Below, piece after piece: positions 22,107 through 47,540 of a stretch of DNA of 64,000 bases; position 1 is the stretch's first letter; the number at the start of each line of letters is the position of its first letter. Below the pieces are notes generated by a model. It searched no databases and was not told where the DNA came from. It saw only the letters and a list, made by a program, of their open reading frames with translations. Where the stretch lies: contig NIVC01001325.1 of NCBI GenBank assembly GCA_002269645.1, positions 208,749 to 272,748 on the forward strand. The letters are read 5' to 3'. Source of the DNA: Macrostomum lignano. Taxonomy: Eukaryota. The position numbers and the translations under genes are program-made.

Positions 22107-22467
22107 CTGTCAGCTAGATCAGAGTGAGTAGTGTGACACTGTCAGCTAGATCAGAGTGAGTAGTGTGACACTGTCAGCTAGATCAGAGTGAGTAGTGTGA
22201 CACTGTCAGCTAGATCAGAGTGAGTAGTGTGACACTGTCAGCTAGATCAGAGTGAGTAGTGTGACACTGTCAGCTAGATCAGAGTGAGTAGTGTGACACT
22301 GTCAGCTAGATCAGAGTGAGTAGTGTGACACTGTCAGCTAGATCAGAGTGAGTAGTGTGACACTGTCAGCTAGATCAGAGTGAGTAGTGTGACACTGTCA
22401 GCTAGATCAGAGTGAGTAGTGTGACACTGTCAGCTAGATCAGAGTGAGTAGTGTGACACTGTCAGTT
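22107..22467. repeat. 32-bp perfect minisatellite (11 copies)
   Basis: Unit CTGTCAGCTAGATCAGAGTGAGTAGTGTGACA. Confidence 0.97.
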
Positions 22468-22861
22468 AAATTTATATTTCAGTAAAATCCTATATACAAT
22501 CAACTGTTTCCTTATTTTAGTTAAATATTGAAATACTCGTATCGACCTTTTACATAAGGCGCGCTTTGTTATTAGTTGGCTAAGATTGATACAAAGTATT
22601 CATATATGAGCGTGTATTCTTGCTAAAGCTTGCTCTTTCATACTGTTATAGCTATGTAATTAGAACGCGTTTTGTGAATGCACGTTTAGCTTAGAGTTTT
22701 GCAACACCTTTAGCATTTCGTCGTATTACCATTTTGTGTTTTTTCATATTTTTCCTCATATACTCGTACGTTAGTAGTCTGTCGCTCATTATATTGCCCT
22801 TGGTCACTCACCCCGCACTATCGGTTGCAACAGGCTGTTTATTCAACGGGTGCTAAATCCA

Positions 22862-23385
22862 AGTCACCCAGGTGATCAGTCAGTTGGTCACTCAGGTGAT
22901 CAATCAGTTGGTCACTCAGGTGATCAATCAGTTGGTCACTCAGGTGATCAATCAGTTGGTCACTCAGGTGATCAATCAGTTGGTCACTCAGGTGATCAGT
23001 CAGTTGGTCACTCAGGTGATCAATCAGTTGGTCACTCAGGTGATCAATCAGTTGGTCACTCAGGTGATCAAGCAGTTGGTCACTCAGGTGATCAATCAGT
23101 TGGTCACTCAGGTGATCAAGCAGTTGGTCACTCAGGTGATCAATCAGTTGGTCACTCAGGTGATCAATCAGTTGGTCACTCAGGTGATCAGTCAGTTGGT
23201 CACTCAGGTGATCAATCAGTTGGTCACTCAGGTGATCAATCAGTTGGTCACTCAGGTGATCAGTCAGTCAATTGGTCACTCAGGTGATCAGTCAGTTGGT
23301 CACTCAGGTCAGGTGATCAGTCAGTTGGTCACTCAGGCCAGGTGATCAGTCAGTTGGTCACTCAGGTCAGGTGATCAGTCAGTAC
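22862..23385. repeat. 24-bp minisatellite (~21 copies)
   Basis: Unit GGTCACTCAGGTGATCAATCAGTT; explains ORFs 22850-23287 and 22872-23345. Confidence 0.96.
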
Positions 23386-24106
23386 TGGAGGTTTCATCCC
23401 CTAACTTTGCAGGCTACCTCAGTCCCAGCTCCAAAGTACTTTGCGCTCTGATCTCAGCCGTTCTTCATTGCCGCACAGACAAGCTGTTTAATCTGTGCGA
23501 ATATTTTGTCTTGCCCGATTTCCTGAGCCTAGAAAAATTGAGTTTAAATTATACAATTTTGAGTTGTCCAAAAAATTCATTGCTGACCCGGCTTTCAAAT
23601 TGGCAGTTGTGTACAGACACCCGCATCATGGGCCATTGCATCCTGTCATATTGATTATAATCGTGTAGCATTCGTACGCCTCCGCTGCCAGTAGTGCGAT
23701 GCGCGGTTTCTGGGCTTTTTTTCTCTTGTATACTAGGAATTCGTTGTTTAAATAGCCTACGGTTGACAGTCATATCTTGGTTTGTAGTTTTTTGTGTATG
23801 ATGTCATGTCAATTAGTGACCAGTTTGATCCAAAACTGACTGTGTTTCATTTATTCAATTGTGTTTTTTATATTAGTCTTTTCTCAAGCTACCCAGTAAA
23901 GGTGCACACATACGGACAATAGTTCAGTATCCAAAGAATGGAGTGAAGCAGTTTTAACTTTGTGCCTGTGTGTACTCTGAGTATAATTATATCTATAATT
24001 TATGGGTGTTTAATATTGGTTGTTAGTTTCTCTAATGTGACATCATATTTCTAATTGATTAATAAGTATTGGTCTCAGCTGTGTTGTTTAACAGCTAATT
24101 ATATTA

Positions 24107-24700
24107 TACCTTTTTGCGATCTAGTTTGCCAAAACTGCAATCAATTTTGCCAAAACTGCCACCTAGTTTGCCCATAGCAAAGAAAACACCAGAGACATAC
24201 ATAGCAAGATCAAAGAATGGCCCAGCGTGGACCTTATAACAGGATTTCAGCGAAGGACCGGCAGCGATTGATTCAAGCATATCAGGATGGAGAGGACTGG
24301 CAAGATTTCGGTAGGCTGTTGGGCATCTCACGAAGAACCGTGACTTACATAGTATAGTATAGAGCCTCTGCCTCGCGGAGGTGCCAAGCGGAGGCACCCC
24401 TTAACAATGCTATGATTGAGAGCATTTGTGCCTACGTCTACCATTATAAACTCGCTGTTTATTGTTCACTGTTACAGTTTATTTCGTCACACTTCCGAAT
24501 TGATTCTCAATAAAAATGCTTGCTATGGGCAAACTAGGTGGCAGTTTTAGCAAAATTGGTTGCAGTTTTCAAAGAGTTGTCTATGGCTGAAACTCTGGTC
24601 ATGACTCAGCAGACTTGGCCTAGACAGCAAAATTATAAAGTGATACTTTTCCGCGGGCAAAATTGATTGCAGTTTTGGCAAACTAGATCGCTAAAAGGTA
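24107..24700 (+). mobile_element. Internally deleted Tc1/mariner (IS630-like) DNA transposon
   Basis: TIRs TACCTTTT(T/A)GCGATCTAGTTTGCCAAAACTGCAATCAATTTTGCC at both ends, flanked by TA. The inner part of the left TIR recurs inverted at 24515-24570. Internal remnant of a transposase HTH N-terminus (24217-24357), followed by LPRGGA in a shifted frame. Confidence 0.82.
24217..24410 (+). pseudogene. Transposase N-terminal HTH fragment with stop and frameshift
   Basis: MAQRGPYNRISAKDRQRLIQAYQDGEDWQDFGRLLGISRRTVTYIV* then EPLPRGGAKRR in another frame. No DDE/D domain in the element. Confidence 0.72.
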
Positions 24701-24919
24701 TATTTATAGTTATTAAGTTGATAGCAAGCACTACGATTTTTGATTAGAGTTGCACCATAATGTGGATTATCAGTGTTTTTTAAACAAATTTTGTATAAAA
24801 ATATATTTCAATACGAGTTCGTTTTTTGTGTGTGCTATCATTCGTTGCCGACTAAACGCGTGTCAAGTTTTGTTCAGTCCGGCATCAATTAACGAGTAAG
24901 CCCACGAACCATGAGTTGA

Positions 24920-25760
24920 AATAGCGCCATAGCCAATATTTTAGCGCCAAAACAGCGCCATAGTCAATCTTTTAGCGCCAAAATATCGCCGTAGTCAATA
25001 TTTTAGCGCCAAAATAGCGCTATAGTCAATATTTTAGCGCCAAAATAGCGCTATAGTCAATATTTTAGCGCCAAAATAGCGCTATAGTCAATATTTTAGC
25101 GCCAAAATAGCGCTATAGTCAATATTTTAGCGCCAAAATAGCGCTATAGTCAATATTTTAGCGCCAAAATAGCGCTATAGTCAATATTTTAGCGCCAAAA
25201 TAGCGCCATAGTCAATCTTTTAGCGCCAAAATATCGCCGTAGTCAATATTTTAGCGCCAAAATAGCGCCATAGTCAATATTTTAGCGCCAAAATAGCGCC
25301 ATAGTCAATATTTTAGCGCCAAAATAGCGCCGTAGTCAATCTTTTAGCGCCAAAATAGCGCCATAGTCAATCTTTTAGCGCCAAAATATCGCCGTAGTCA
25401 ATATTTTAGCGCCAAAATAGCGCCATAGTCAATATTTTAGCGCCAAAATAGCGCCATAGTCAATATTTTAGCGCCAAAATAGCGCCGTAGTCAATATTTT
25501 AGCGCCAAAATAGCGCCGTAGTCAACATTTAAGCGCCAACTTAAAGGCGTAGCCAATCTATTAGCGCCCAAATAGCGCCGTAGTCTATATTTTAGCGCCA
25601 ACTTAAAGGTGTAGCCAATATATTAGCGCCAAAAATAGCGCCGTAGTCAATATTTTAGCGCCAACTTAAAGGCGTAGCCAATATATTAGCGCCAAAAATA
25701 GCGCCGTAGTCAATATTTTAGCGCCAAAAAAGCGCCGTAGTCAAGACTTTAGCGCCAACT
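24920..25760. repeat. 31-bp minisatellite (~26 copies)
   Basis: Unit TAGCGCCAAAATAGCGC(C/T)ATAGTCAATATTT. Confidence 0.96.
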
Positions 25761-26852
25761 TCGGGGATCCAGGGGGTAGCTGCATAATACAGATGACATA
25801 TATTAAAAGCATTGGATATTTTTGAAAATTTTACTCCTAAGTAATGTGTGCTCAATAAAATTGGAATATCACGCTTTTGTATGTTCTCTATAATCCTAAG
25901 TGTAGGGAATTTCCCCGAGCTCATCATCATCTGTCGCGCCATATGCCTCCCTCACGCTGAAAGGAAGCTGAGACGCCCCATCCCCCAAGAATAAAGGCTG
26001 GGTTAATTCGTTACACTTCCTTGAGGTTTTTTCTCGATTTTTTCGCTAGCGAACTGTGCTAAACTAGCAAAAAGTCGCCGACGAAATTCCAAAGGGTTGG
26101 TGTGGTGAGGCAGCGATGCCTCTTGAGCTGGAAGCTGAAGTTCCGGCCACCGCACCTGCCCCGCAGTCCCGCGCCTGTCTTTTTTTATGCAATAATTGCC
26201 TGCATTCAGCAACGCTTTTTTACGCTTCAAGTGGCGCTTCGATTCCTTCGAATTCCTTTCTTCCTTTGAAGCTTGATACACTCGCTGGAAATCTATAAAT
26301 CTGTCAGGCCATTCTTCATCTAGGCCTCTATAAATCTAAAAGTCACACTGTCGTGTATATCGCTGGGATTTGGTTGTAGTAGTAGTTGTATTTTTTTAAT
26401 CTAAAATTTCCGTAGCAGATTGCAGACTGACTCTTGAGCCACGACCCCTGCTTCGAGTGTACATGTGTGACGTATGAGTGCTGCCTGACTGCGTACAGTA
26501 TTGGCGCGCTTATAATGTGCTCAGAAGTCAGCGGAATGGGCAGAATTGCCCGGAGGTGCTCATCATCAGGCATGTACAGTTGTACACTCTCATAGACCTC
26601 TCACAAGCCTTTGACGCAGGAGTCGGAAACCATTAAACTGCTCTGCCGGCCCTCTCTTATCTCTATGATTTTCAAGAGAGAGAGAGACTGATCTCCGCCA
26701 TCAGTGCGGCAGCTGGATTTCAGAACTGCCCCCCCACTCCCTTGGCTCCTCCCAATCTCGTTTCAGCATCATCAGCATCATCATCATCATCCATTTGGTT
26801 CTCAGCAGGGGGGAGCGCATTGCGGCGCAGTGGGCTTCGCAATATTCGGAAA

Positions 26853-26900
<48 letters not shown>
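26853..26900. repeat. (GA)n microsatellite
   Basis: Direct reading. Confidence 0.95.
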
Positions 26901-26902
<2 letters not shown>

Positions 26903-27499
26903 GGAACTCGAAGGTGCTCATTATCATAATCCCGCGGCCGCGTCACCCCCCGCCGAGCGGCCGGTCCAACTTTGGGATTAAAGAGAGCGGGGAGGAGAGT
27001 GCCTGTGTTTAGCGTTCGAAAAGCGCGATTACCTGGTGCCGCTAATTGGCCCGGACCCAGTGCGAGATTCGGATAAAAAGCGGCACGGTTTAAATAATAA
27101 TTGTTCGACATATTGAGCAGAGCGAGAATTGCCCTGAGGCGGGTGCGGGGGGGGGGCTGCGGCGCTGGCGGCTGTCCGTCTGCCACCGAAATTGTTTTTG
27201 CTGTCCACCGGAATTTTGGAAATTTCGTCCATTAACGCGTGTCATATAGGGTTGGGACAATGGGGAATTACGCGTGACTGTCTCGTCTCTGGTTCCTTTC
27301 GTTGCATGGATATTGCATCACTTTTGACTGCGCTGGGCGAATATTTACTCTTATGATTTCCAGTTAAGTGCTAGAAATGACAAACTTTTTAATACTTGTC
27401 TTTGGAGCAATTAATCAATTAAGAGCGTAATCCCGAAAAAAATATCCCAATATCTCTAATCTCAGTTTTGATCACACAAAATACGGATAATACCAATCC

Positions 27500-27830
27500 T
27501 TAACCCCTGTTAATATTCCCAATCCCAATCATCCAAATCCTTTATCCCAGTCTTTGATCCCGATTTCCAATCATCCTAATCCCTTATCCCAGTCTTTGAT
27601 CCCAACTCAAATTATCCCAATCCCATATCTATCTTTGATCCCAATTATTCCAATCCCAATTCCCAGTCTTTGATCCCAATCATTTCAATCCCATAATCCC
27701 AATCTTTGATCCCAATCATTTCAATCCCATAATCCCAATCTTTGGTCCCAATTATCCCATCCCACATCCCAATCTCTGATCCCAATTATCCCAATCCCAT
27801 ACGAGCATCCCAGTCTCTGATCCCGATCCT
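27500..27830. repeat. Degenerate AATCCC-rich tandem repeat
   Basis: Repeats of CCCAGTCTTTGATCCCAAT...AATCC. Confidence 0.75.
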
Positions 27831-29374
27831 CGATCCCATTCCAATCGCGTGTATCTCCCAGCTCATTAAAATCCACGATCCGAATTCCTCATCTCACTCA
27901 ATTATGTATGCAAGCAACGCCATGAAGTGTCTCGTGGCTGGTGAATTCAGGCAGATGGCAGCAAGGCAGATCATGCAAGTTTCTGAGAGGCAACTGCTGC
28001 AGCAGCAGCAGCCGAAGCAGGACCCCCTCCCTACCCTCCCCCCAGGGCAGATCTCGAGCCAACTTATCTCGTCGAGCAGGGCTAATATAGATGTTCGGCT
28101 GCGAGAAGTTTCCCCAACCGAAGCGACTCGACAGAGCGGAGGAGCTGACTGTATACGGGAGAGCCCAGATCTCCAGCCCGTCTCATTTATTTACTCATTC
28201 TGGCTAATGAAACAAATAATTGTCTCATTATCCTGTTTCGGTAGGGAGTCGAGTCGTTTCGGGGATCGAATTTGCTCCGCCCGACTTCGAATAGCTGCGG
28301 GAAATCTCTTCGGCCAATTTCGAAGCCCAGAGGCAATTTTTGGAGTCTCGGCTTGGTGCGGCGCAGGAGGCTGGGACGGAGGCTGTTGCTGGGCCTGTAG
28401 CTCCGCTCCATCTCCCGCTATCCTGTGATTGGAGTGGTTTGCCCGAAACCTAACCCGATTACCTTGGGCCGAGCTCCCATCATCCTCATCAGCTCCGCAG
28501 CCTCCCCCTCCCCAGCCTCCCGCCTCCGAGTTGAGGCGAAAAAGAAATCAAGATTATTCGACCATAAAAACATTCGCTCAGCCCGGGCCAGAGCTGTCCA
28601 TCGGCAATCCCCAATTTCGCTCTCAGTCTCAATCTCTCCAACGCGCTGCTCCTTCGACTCTGCCAGGCCAGGAGGTCGTCGCCGAGGCTCACCTGGACGA
28701 CGCGAGTTCAAAGTTTGATAGCCGCAAGGTAGCTCAGCTCCTGCCGTCTCCGCGTCCTGTCCTGTCAAAGTTGCTGGCGCCAGGCCGCTGAGTGCCCCGG
28801 TAATAGTATCAGGTAAGCTGAGACAATTGCATTTGCGGGCATTACGGCCCGGGCGACCGACTGCCCCGGCCCACTTCTGCGGGCCTTGCTTAAACAAATA
28901 TGATCAGCTTAGACTGCCAGCGCACGCGAGGGGGTCCGCCGCCCCACCACCACCTAATAACTTCCTTCTCTATCCTGAATCCCACTCTTTGCGTTTCGCC
29001 TTCGGAGCGCTGGCGGTTCGACTCAGTGACTCTCTGTAGGTGCAAGGGGATTGGGGTGGTGTTTAGCCACAGATTTCCTATACTTATAAATATTCGTTTA
29101 GTTAGCTGCCCTACATGTGCGCGTAAAGAAATCGTACTATACTCAAGCGAAAATGCGAGACCAAAGAGCCCCTTTGAGAGAACAGAACCTGCATAAAGTG
29201 CCATCCAATGTGTGCGGTAAAAAGTGAAGTTCACATTCTTTATTTGCTTTAATTACTTTAATAGTTTTACGCTACGATCTAATTAAAAAATGAAATAATT
29301 GCGGTGGCAGTGTAGTGTGCAGCTCATAATCCTAGTGTTTCACTGATAAAACTTCTGGGATAAACGCAGATTTC

Positions 29375-29689
29375 ACTAATAATATTAATAATAATAATAA
29401 TTGAATACACCTGCCCTAATGGGCAGATGTGCAACCGACAGCTCAGCCGCAGCTATTGCGCGGCGCATCTGAAGGCTGCGTACGGCTGTTCAGTCCAAGG
29501 ACTGGGGGGTCGCCACACACCCTCAATTACCCCAGCTAATGCTGGCACCCATTTTACAGCTGGGTGAACTGAAGCAATGCAGAGTTAAGTGTCTTGCTCA
29601 AGGACACAAATTGTTTCGAGTGAGTCAAGAATCGAACCCGCGACCTTCAAGTCGTGAGTCCGACGCTCTAACCACTAGGCTACAACCCC
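29375..29689 (-). mobile_element. tRNA-derived CORE-like SINE (copy 2) with (ATT)n tail
   Basis: Near-identical to 9290-9572. A/B boxes in the head. TAA-repeat tail on the + strand at 29375-29402. Confidence 0.87.
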
Positions 29690-29695
29690 ACTAGG

Positions 29696-30045
29696 CTGAT
29701 AAAACTTCTGGGGTGAGCGCAGATTTTGCTGATAAAACTTCTGGGTTAAGCGCAGATTTTACTGATAAAACTTCTGGGTTAAGCGCAGATTTTACTGATA
29801 AAACTTCTGGGTTAAGCGCAGATTTTACTGATAAAACTTCTGGGTTAAGCGCAGATTTTACTGATAAAACTTCTGGGTTAAGCGCAGATTTTACTGATAA
29901 AACTTCTGGGTTAAGCGCAGATTTTACTGATAAAACTTCTGGTTAAGCGCAGATTTTACTGATAAAACTTCTGGGTTAAGCGCAGATTTTACTGATAAAA
30001 CTTCTGGGTTAAGCGCAGATTTTACTGATAAAACTTCTGGGTTAA
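29696..30045. repeat. 33-bp minisatellite (~10 copies, plus one unit left of the SINE at ~29342-29376)
   Basis: Unit CTGATAAAACTTCTGGGTTAAGCGCAGATTTTA. Confidence 0.95.
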
Positions 30046-30194
30046 TCTCGTTCAAACTCAATTAAAACTTATGTATTATTCAATTCGTGAAAATCACTAG
30101 TTAAACAAAATCCGATTTAGGAACTGGCTATTGTACTCTATAACATGCACAATACACCACAGACATTGTCATGCAGATTGGTTAGAGCTCGTTA

Positions 30195-30605
30195 AATCAT
30201 GGGCACTTAAGTCATGGGCGCTTAAGTCATACACGCTTATGTCATGGGCGCTTAAGTCATACACGCTTATGTCATGGGCGCTTAAGTCATACACGCTTAC
30301 GTCATGGGCGCTTAAGTCATGGGCACTTAAGTCATACACGCTTACGTCATGGGCGCTTAAGTCATGGGCACTTAAGTCATACACGCTTACGTCATGGGCG
30401 CTTAAGTCATGGGCACTTAAGTCATACACGCTTACGTCATGGGCGCTTAAGTTATGGGCGCTTAAGTCATGGGCGCTTAAGTCATGGGCGCTTAAGTCAT
30501 GGGCACTTAAGTCATACACGCTTACGTCATGGGCGCTTAAGTTATGGGCGCTTAAGTCATGGGCGCTTAAGTCATGGGCGCTTAAGTCATGGGCACTTAA
30601 GTCAT
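30195..30605. repeat. 15-bp two-variant minisatellite
   Basis: Alternation of GTCATGGGC(G/A)CTTAA and GTCATACACGCTTA(C/T). Confidence 0.95.
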
Positions 30606-31634
30606 GCGCTGCTTTTGCTAAAAAGATCTCAATATTTTTGCCACTTTTTTTCGTCAACTTAGTTTTTTTCTTTAAAAGTAATATTGCTTTTTAAAAAATT
30701 GCTACTTGATTTCATGAAGTTGTAAATAAAATCGACTTTTCTTTCTTGGAAAATCACTAGTTATCGTTCTTACTGTTGACTAAAAATTGAAATTGAAATA
30801 CTTGAACTTCCTGTGCCCAAGCATTTCGGAGTGGCTACTTAAAGTAGCTTCGGACCCTAGACCTTGTCTGTTTAAAAGCAATAAAGGAGTTTATTCGTTA
30901 TTCGCTCGAACACTGCCATAAATAACCTATACAGATCGCTCCGTAAAGAACAAATAAGATTATTCTATGGCTATAATCTATCCAGGCGTGTTTTCACCCT
31001 AGCCTACACAATAGACTGCTGCGTACGTGGCTTCGCTTAAAAAAGGTGCGAAAAACTCGTCACTTTTCCAGCCTCGGGGCGCTTAAGGAGGGGGATTGGG
31101 AAGGCGTGGCCTAAAAAGTCATTAGTTGGCGCGATGGACAATGGGAGCATTGGAATTCTGGTCCAACTGGTGGCGGATTGCAGATCCCCGCGTATCCCAT
31201 GCACCCCGCCGTGCATGGTCTCGCATTTGTTGCATTATTATAGCCTTGATAAGGGTCCATAATGGCCTTAGGGGGGTATAACAATTCAAGTTTTTACAGG
31301 GGTAATTTAGAACTATATATAATAGTATTGCGGTAAACGTTACCTCCACAAAATTATTGAACACAATGTTGATTGCAAATGGAAATAAAAAACTAATGAT
31401 TGGTTTGACACGTCTGTGGTTGTAAATGGTTGAATATTCTATTTAATAATAGATAGTAAATTTTAATCATACTGAATTTACTACTGTGTCCAGTTACTTC
31501 ACAGGCACACAAAGTTGGATCACAATTCAAAAGAGCTTCACTTTTGAACCGCAGACAGAAAGAAGCCTTCAAGCTAGATTGAGCAAAATCCCAGCCACTG
31601 AGTAATCTGCCTCACCCCTGAACCTCACTTCTGA

Positions 31635-32700
31635 AACTCAATCCTGAGCCTCAATCCCGAGCCTCAATCCTGAGCCTCAATCCTGAACCTCAATCCTGAG
31701 CCTCAATCCTGAACCTCAATCCTGAACCTCAATCCTGAGCCTCAATCCTGAACCTCAATCCTGAGCCTCAATCCTGAGCCTCAATCCTGAACCTCAATCC
31801 TGAGCCTCAATCCTGAACCTCAATCCTGAACCTCAATCCCGAGCCTCAATCCCGAGCCTCAATCCCGAGCCTCAATCCCGAGCCTCAATCCTGAGCCTCA
31901 ATCCTGAACCTCAATCCTGAGCCTCAATCCTGAGCCTCAATCCTGAGCCTCAATCCTGAGCCTCACTCCTAAACTCTCAATCCTGAACCTCAATTCTAAA
32001 CTTCAATCCTGAGCCTCACTCCTAAACTCTCAATCCTGAACCTCAATTCTAAACTTCAATCCTGAGCCTCACTCCTGAACCTCAATCCTGAACCTCACTC
32101 CTGAACCTCAATCCTGAACCTCAATCCTGAACCTCAATCCTGAACTCAATCCTGAACCTCACTCCTGAACCTCAATCCTGAACCTCAATCCTGAACTCAA
32201 TCCTGAACCTCAATTCTAAACTTCAATCCTGAGCCTCACTCCTGAACCTCAATCCTGAACCTCACTCCTGAACCTCAATCCTGAACCTCAATCCTGAACC
32301 TCAATCCTGAACTCAATCCTGAACCTCACTCCTGAACCTCAATCCTGAACCTCAATCCTGAACCTCAATCCTGAACTCAATCCTGAACCTCACTCCTGAA
32401 CCTCAATCCTGAACCTCAATCCTGAACCTCAATCCTGAACCTCAATCCTGAACTCAATCCTAAACCTCACTCCTGAACCTCAATCCTGAACCTCAATCCT
32501 GAACCTCAATCCTGAACTCAATCCTAAACCTCAATCCTGAACCTCAATCCTGAACCTCAATCCTAAACCTCACTCCTGAACCTCAATCCTAAACCTCAAT
32601 CCTGAACCTCACTCCTGAACCTCACTCCTGAACCTCACTCCTGAGCCTCACTTCTGAACTCTCAAACCTAAACCTCACTCCTGAACCTTACTTCTTAAAC
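31635..32700. repeat. 12-bp minisatellite (~85 copies)
   Basis: Unit CCTCAATCCTGA(A/G) with 11-bp variants. Confidence 0.96.
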
Positions 32701-33313
32701 TCGCCCCTGAGCAAGCTGACCCCTAACTCGCCTAAACCTTGCACCTGAACCTCGCTTGCTTGGCAAATACTTGAGAAAAGACGTCAAAATAAACATATAT
32801 TTATCCAATGTTTGCTTGAAGCATTGGTATAAGATTATATCAGTAATATAATATAAAGTACCAAAAACAGCCTTTGACTGACCCAGGACATTCACCACTG
32901 ACACTGACGCAGCCCTCTCTTTGCGTCAACTCAAGCTCCTTTGATGGCGGAGCTTTCGCGTCTCTGTGCAGCGTGTTTGAGTCCGAATGCGCCGAAAGCA
33001 AGAGGCGCGGCAGCTCGCATTCGTCATTGCCAGTCAGGCTGATTGGGTGCGGCAGGCTGCCCCACTGGGGGAGCGGCGGCGCAGCGCCCGGCCGCTCGGG
33101 TTGGCCGCGAGCGAAGCCGGCGAAACCAGGGCGGGGGGAGGGGGCCGCCCAACCTACCCGCCCCTCCCCCAGAGCCGGGGTGGCGGCCGAGCTGGCGGCA
33201 TAATTGACTTAATGCCCCGTTCGAATTGCAGCAAGGCGAGGAAAGGCGAGGAGAGACGAGGAGAAAGAGAGAGAGGCGCGGACTCTAATTCACTTAGCAA
33301 GCCACTACACAGC

Positions 33314-45569
<12,256 letters not shown>

Positions 45570-46659
45570 ATAATCTGGACCGAGCAGCATAGCGCGGATT
45601 GAAAATTCGAATTCGCCTGCACGAGCCAGTGCAGGCCTGATCGAGCCGAAGACCCCCCCTCCCAATTAGAAATTGCATCTTTCTGAACAAATCCTGAGCT
45701 GCACCCCAATTTGCTTACCAATGTGACCGTCACACCTCAATTGGAGTTATTGTGAAACTCTGCATAATCACCGTTTTGTTCTGTTTCTGACTTAAATGAA
45801 CCAAAAATCTATAGTAAATTCTTGTTGTGTCAACTGGCAAGAGAGACCCAACCTAACATTTCGAATCCCCTCTGCAAATTCAACTTCAATGTGTTCATAT
45901 TGCTACTTGGTGAGTAATACAGCTAGTGCAGGGCTACAATACATCATTTGTACCAAAATATCCACAAGTTCACGGGCCGAGGTTAAGAAAAAAAATTCTG
46001 TAGTTAAGCTGAACCTCCTACTATGTAGTAAGTAGTGTAAATTTTATTTGTAAATGCGACGCTTTCTCCCCAAAGTTGGCATCTCCGCACAAAATGTGAA
46101 AACATCAGTGTTTTTGATAGCACAAAATATTTATCGTTGATGTTAACATTCTAAATGCTTATATAATCCCTCTTATGTACTCACGGTGTACATTGTAGTC
46201 ACATGCGATACTTCAGCTCCTGTTTGATGGACCGACACAGTCGCGGTGTTAACAAATACAGTTAAGCACTAATACTATAATACTGCTTATTGATTGCAAA
46301 CCATTTTAAAATTTATTTCGTTACGACTTACGATGAGTTTCAAATGCTTATTTTATGCCCGTGGCAACTGTCTCCATGATATGGCAACTCTGTCTCCATG
46401 GCAACACACACACACACGAGCTTCAAGCTTTTATAGCATATGAGTTACCTCATTATAGTTAGCCTAAGTGTGTTGAAATGGGGTGAAACGCAGGGCAGCC
46501 CGCCCGCTGCAATTGTCTCTGCAAAATGCTTATTAACAGTTGCTTTTTTAATTAACAAAATAAGGAGCTTTGGCCATAGATAGTTTCTTAGATTTCATTC
46601 TTTCTTTCTTTCTTTCTCTAGAGTTCAGCGCTCCCTTGACACCACTGTCTTCTGACTTT

Positions 46660-47540
46660 GCCATAGACAGTCTCAGCGGGCCCTGAAACCGACTGAATGC
46701 ATTGGAGTAAATGGGATTTTTCCATAGACAGTCTCAGCGGGCCCTGAAACCGACTGAATGCATTGGAGTAAATGGTATTTTTCCATAGACAGTCTCAGCG
46801 GGCCCTGAAACCGACTGAATGCATAGGAGTAAATGGGATTTTACCATAGACAGTCTCAGCGGGCCCTGAAACCGACTGAATGCATTGGAGTAAATGGGAT
46901 TTTACCATAGACAGTCTCAGCGGGCCCTGAAACCGACTGAATGCATTGGAGTAAATGGGATTTTACCATAGACAGTCTCAGCGGGCCCTGAAACCGACTG
47001 AATGCATTGGAGTAAATGGGATTTTACCATAGACAGTCTCAGCGGGCCCTGAAACCGACTGAATGCATAGGAGTAAATGGGATTTTACCATAGACAGTCT
47101 CAGCGGGCCCTGAAACCGACTGAATGCATTGGAGTAAATGGGATTTTACCATAGACAGTCTCAGCGGGCCCTGAAACCGACTGAATCCATTGAAGTAAAT
47201 GGGATTTTTCCATAGACAGTCTCAGCGGGCCCTGAAACCGACTGAATGCATTGGAGTAAATGGGATTTTACCATAGACAGTCTCAGCGGACCGTGAAACC
47301 GACTGAATGCATTGGAGTAAATGGGATTTTACCATAGACAGTCTCAGCGGACCGTGAAACCGACTGAATGCATTGGAGTAAATGGGATTTTACCATAGAC
47401 ATTTTCAGCGGGCCCTGAAACCGACTGAATGCATTGGAGTAAATGGGATTTTACCATAGACAGCCTCAGCGGGCCCTGAAACCGACTGAATGCATTGGAG
47501 TAAATGGGATTTTACCATAGACAGTCTCAGCGGACCGTGA
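46660..47540. repeat. 61-bp minisatellite (~14 copies)
   Basis: Unit CCATAGACAGTCTCAGCGGGCCCTGAAACCGACTGAATGCATTGGAGTAAATGGGATTTTA. Confidence 0.96.

Noticed and set aside
22107-22467. Perfect 32-bp direct repeats that could be mistaken for a CRISPR array (also 16462-16925, 19887-20240, 40030-40770)
   Set aside because: Units are head-to-tail with no unique spacers, there are no cas genes, and the context is eukaryotic.
26701-29234. Cluster of 60-228-aa ORFs on both strands
   Set aside because: Low-complexity, GC-driven open frames with no domain similarity, no consistent splice structure and no credible starts.
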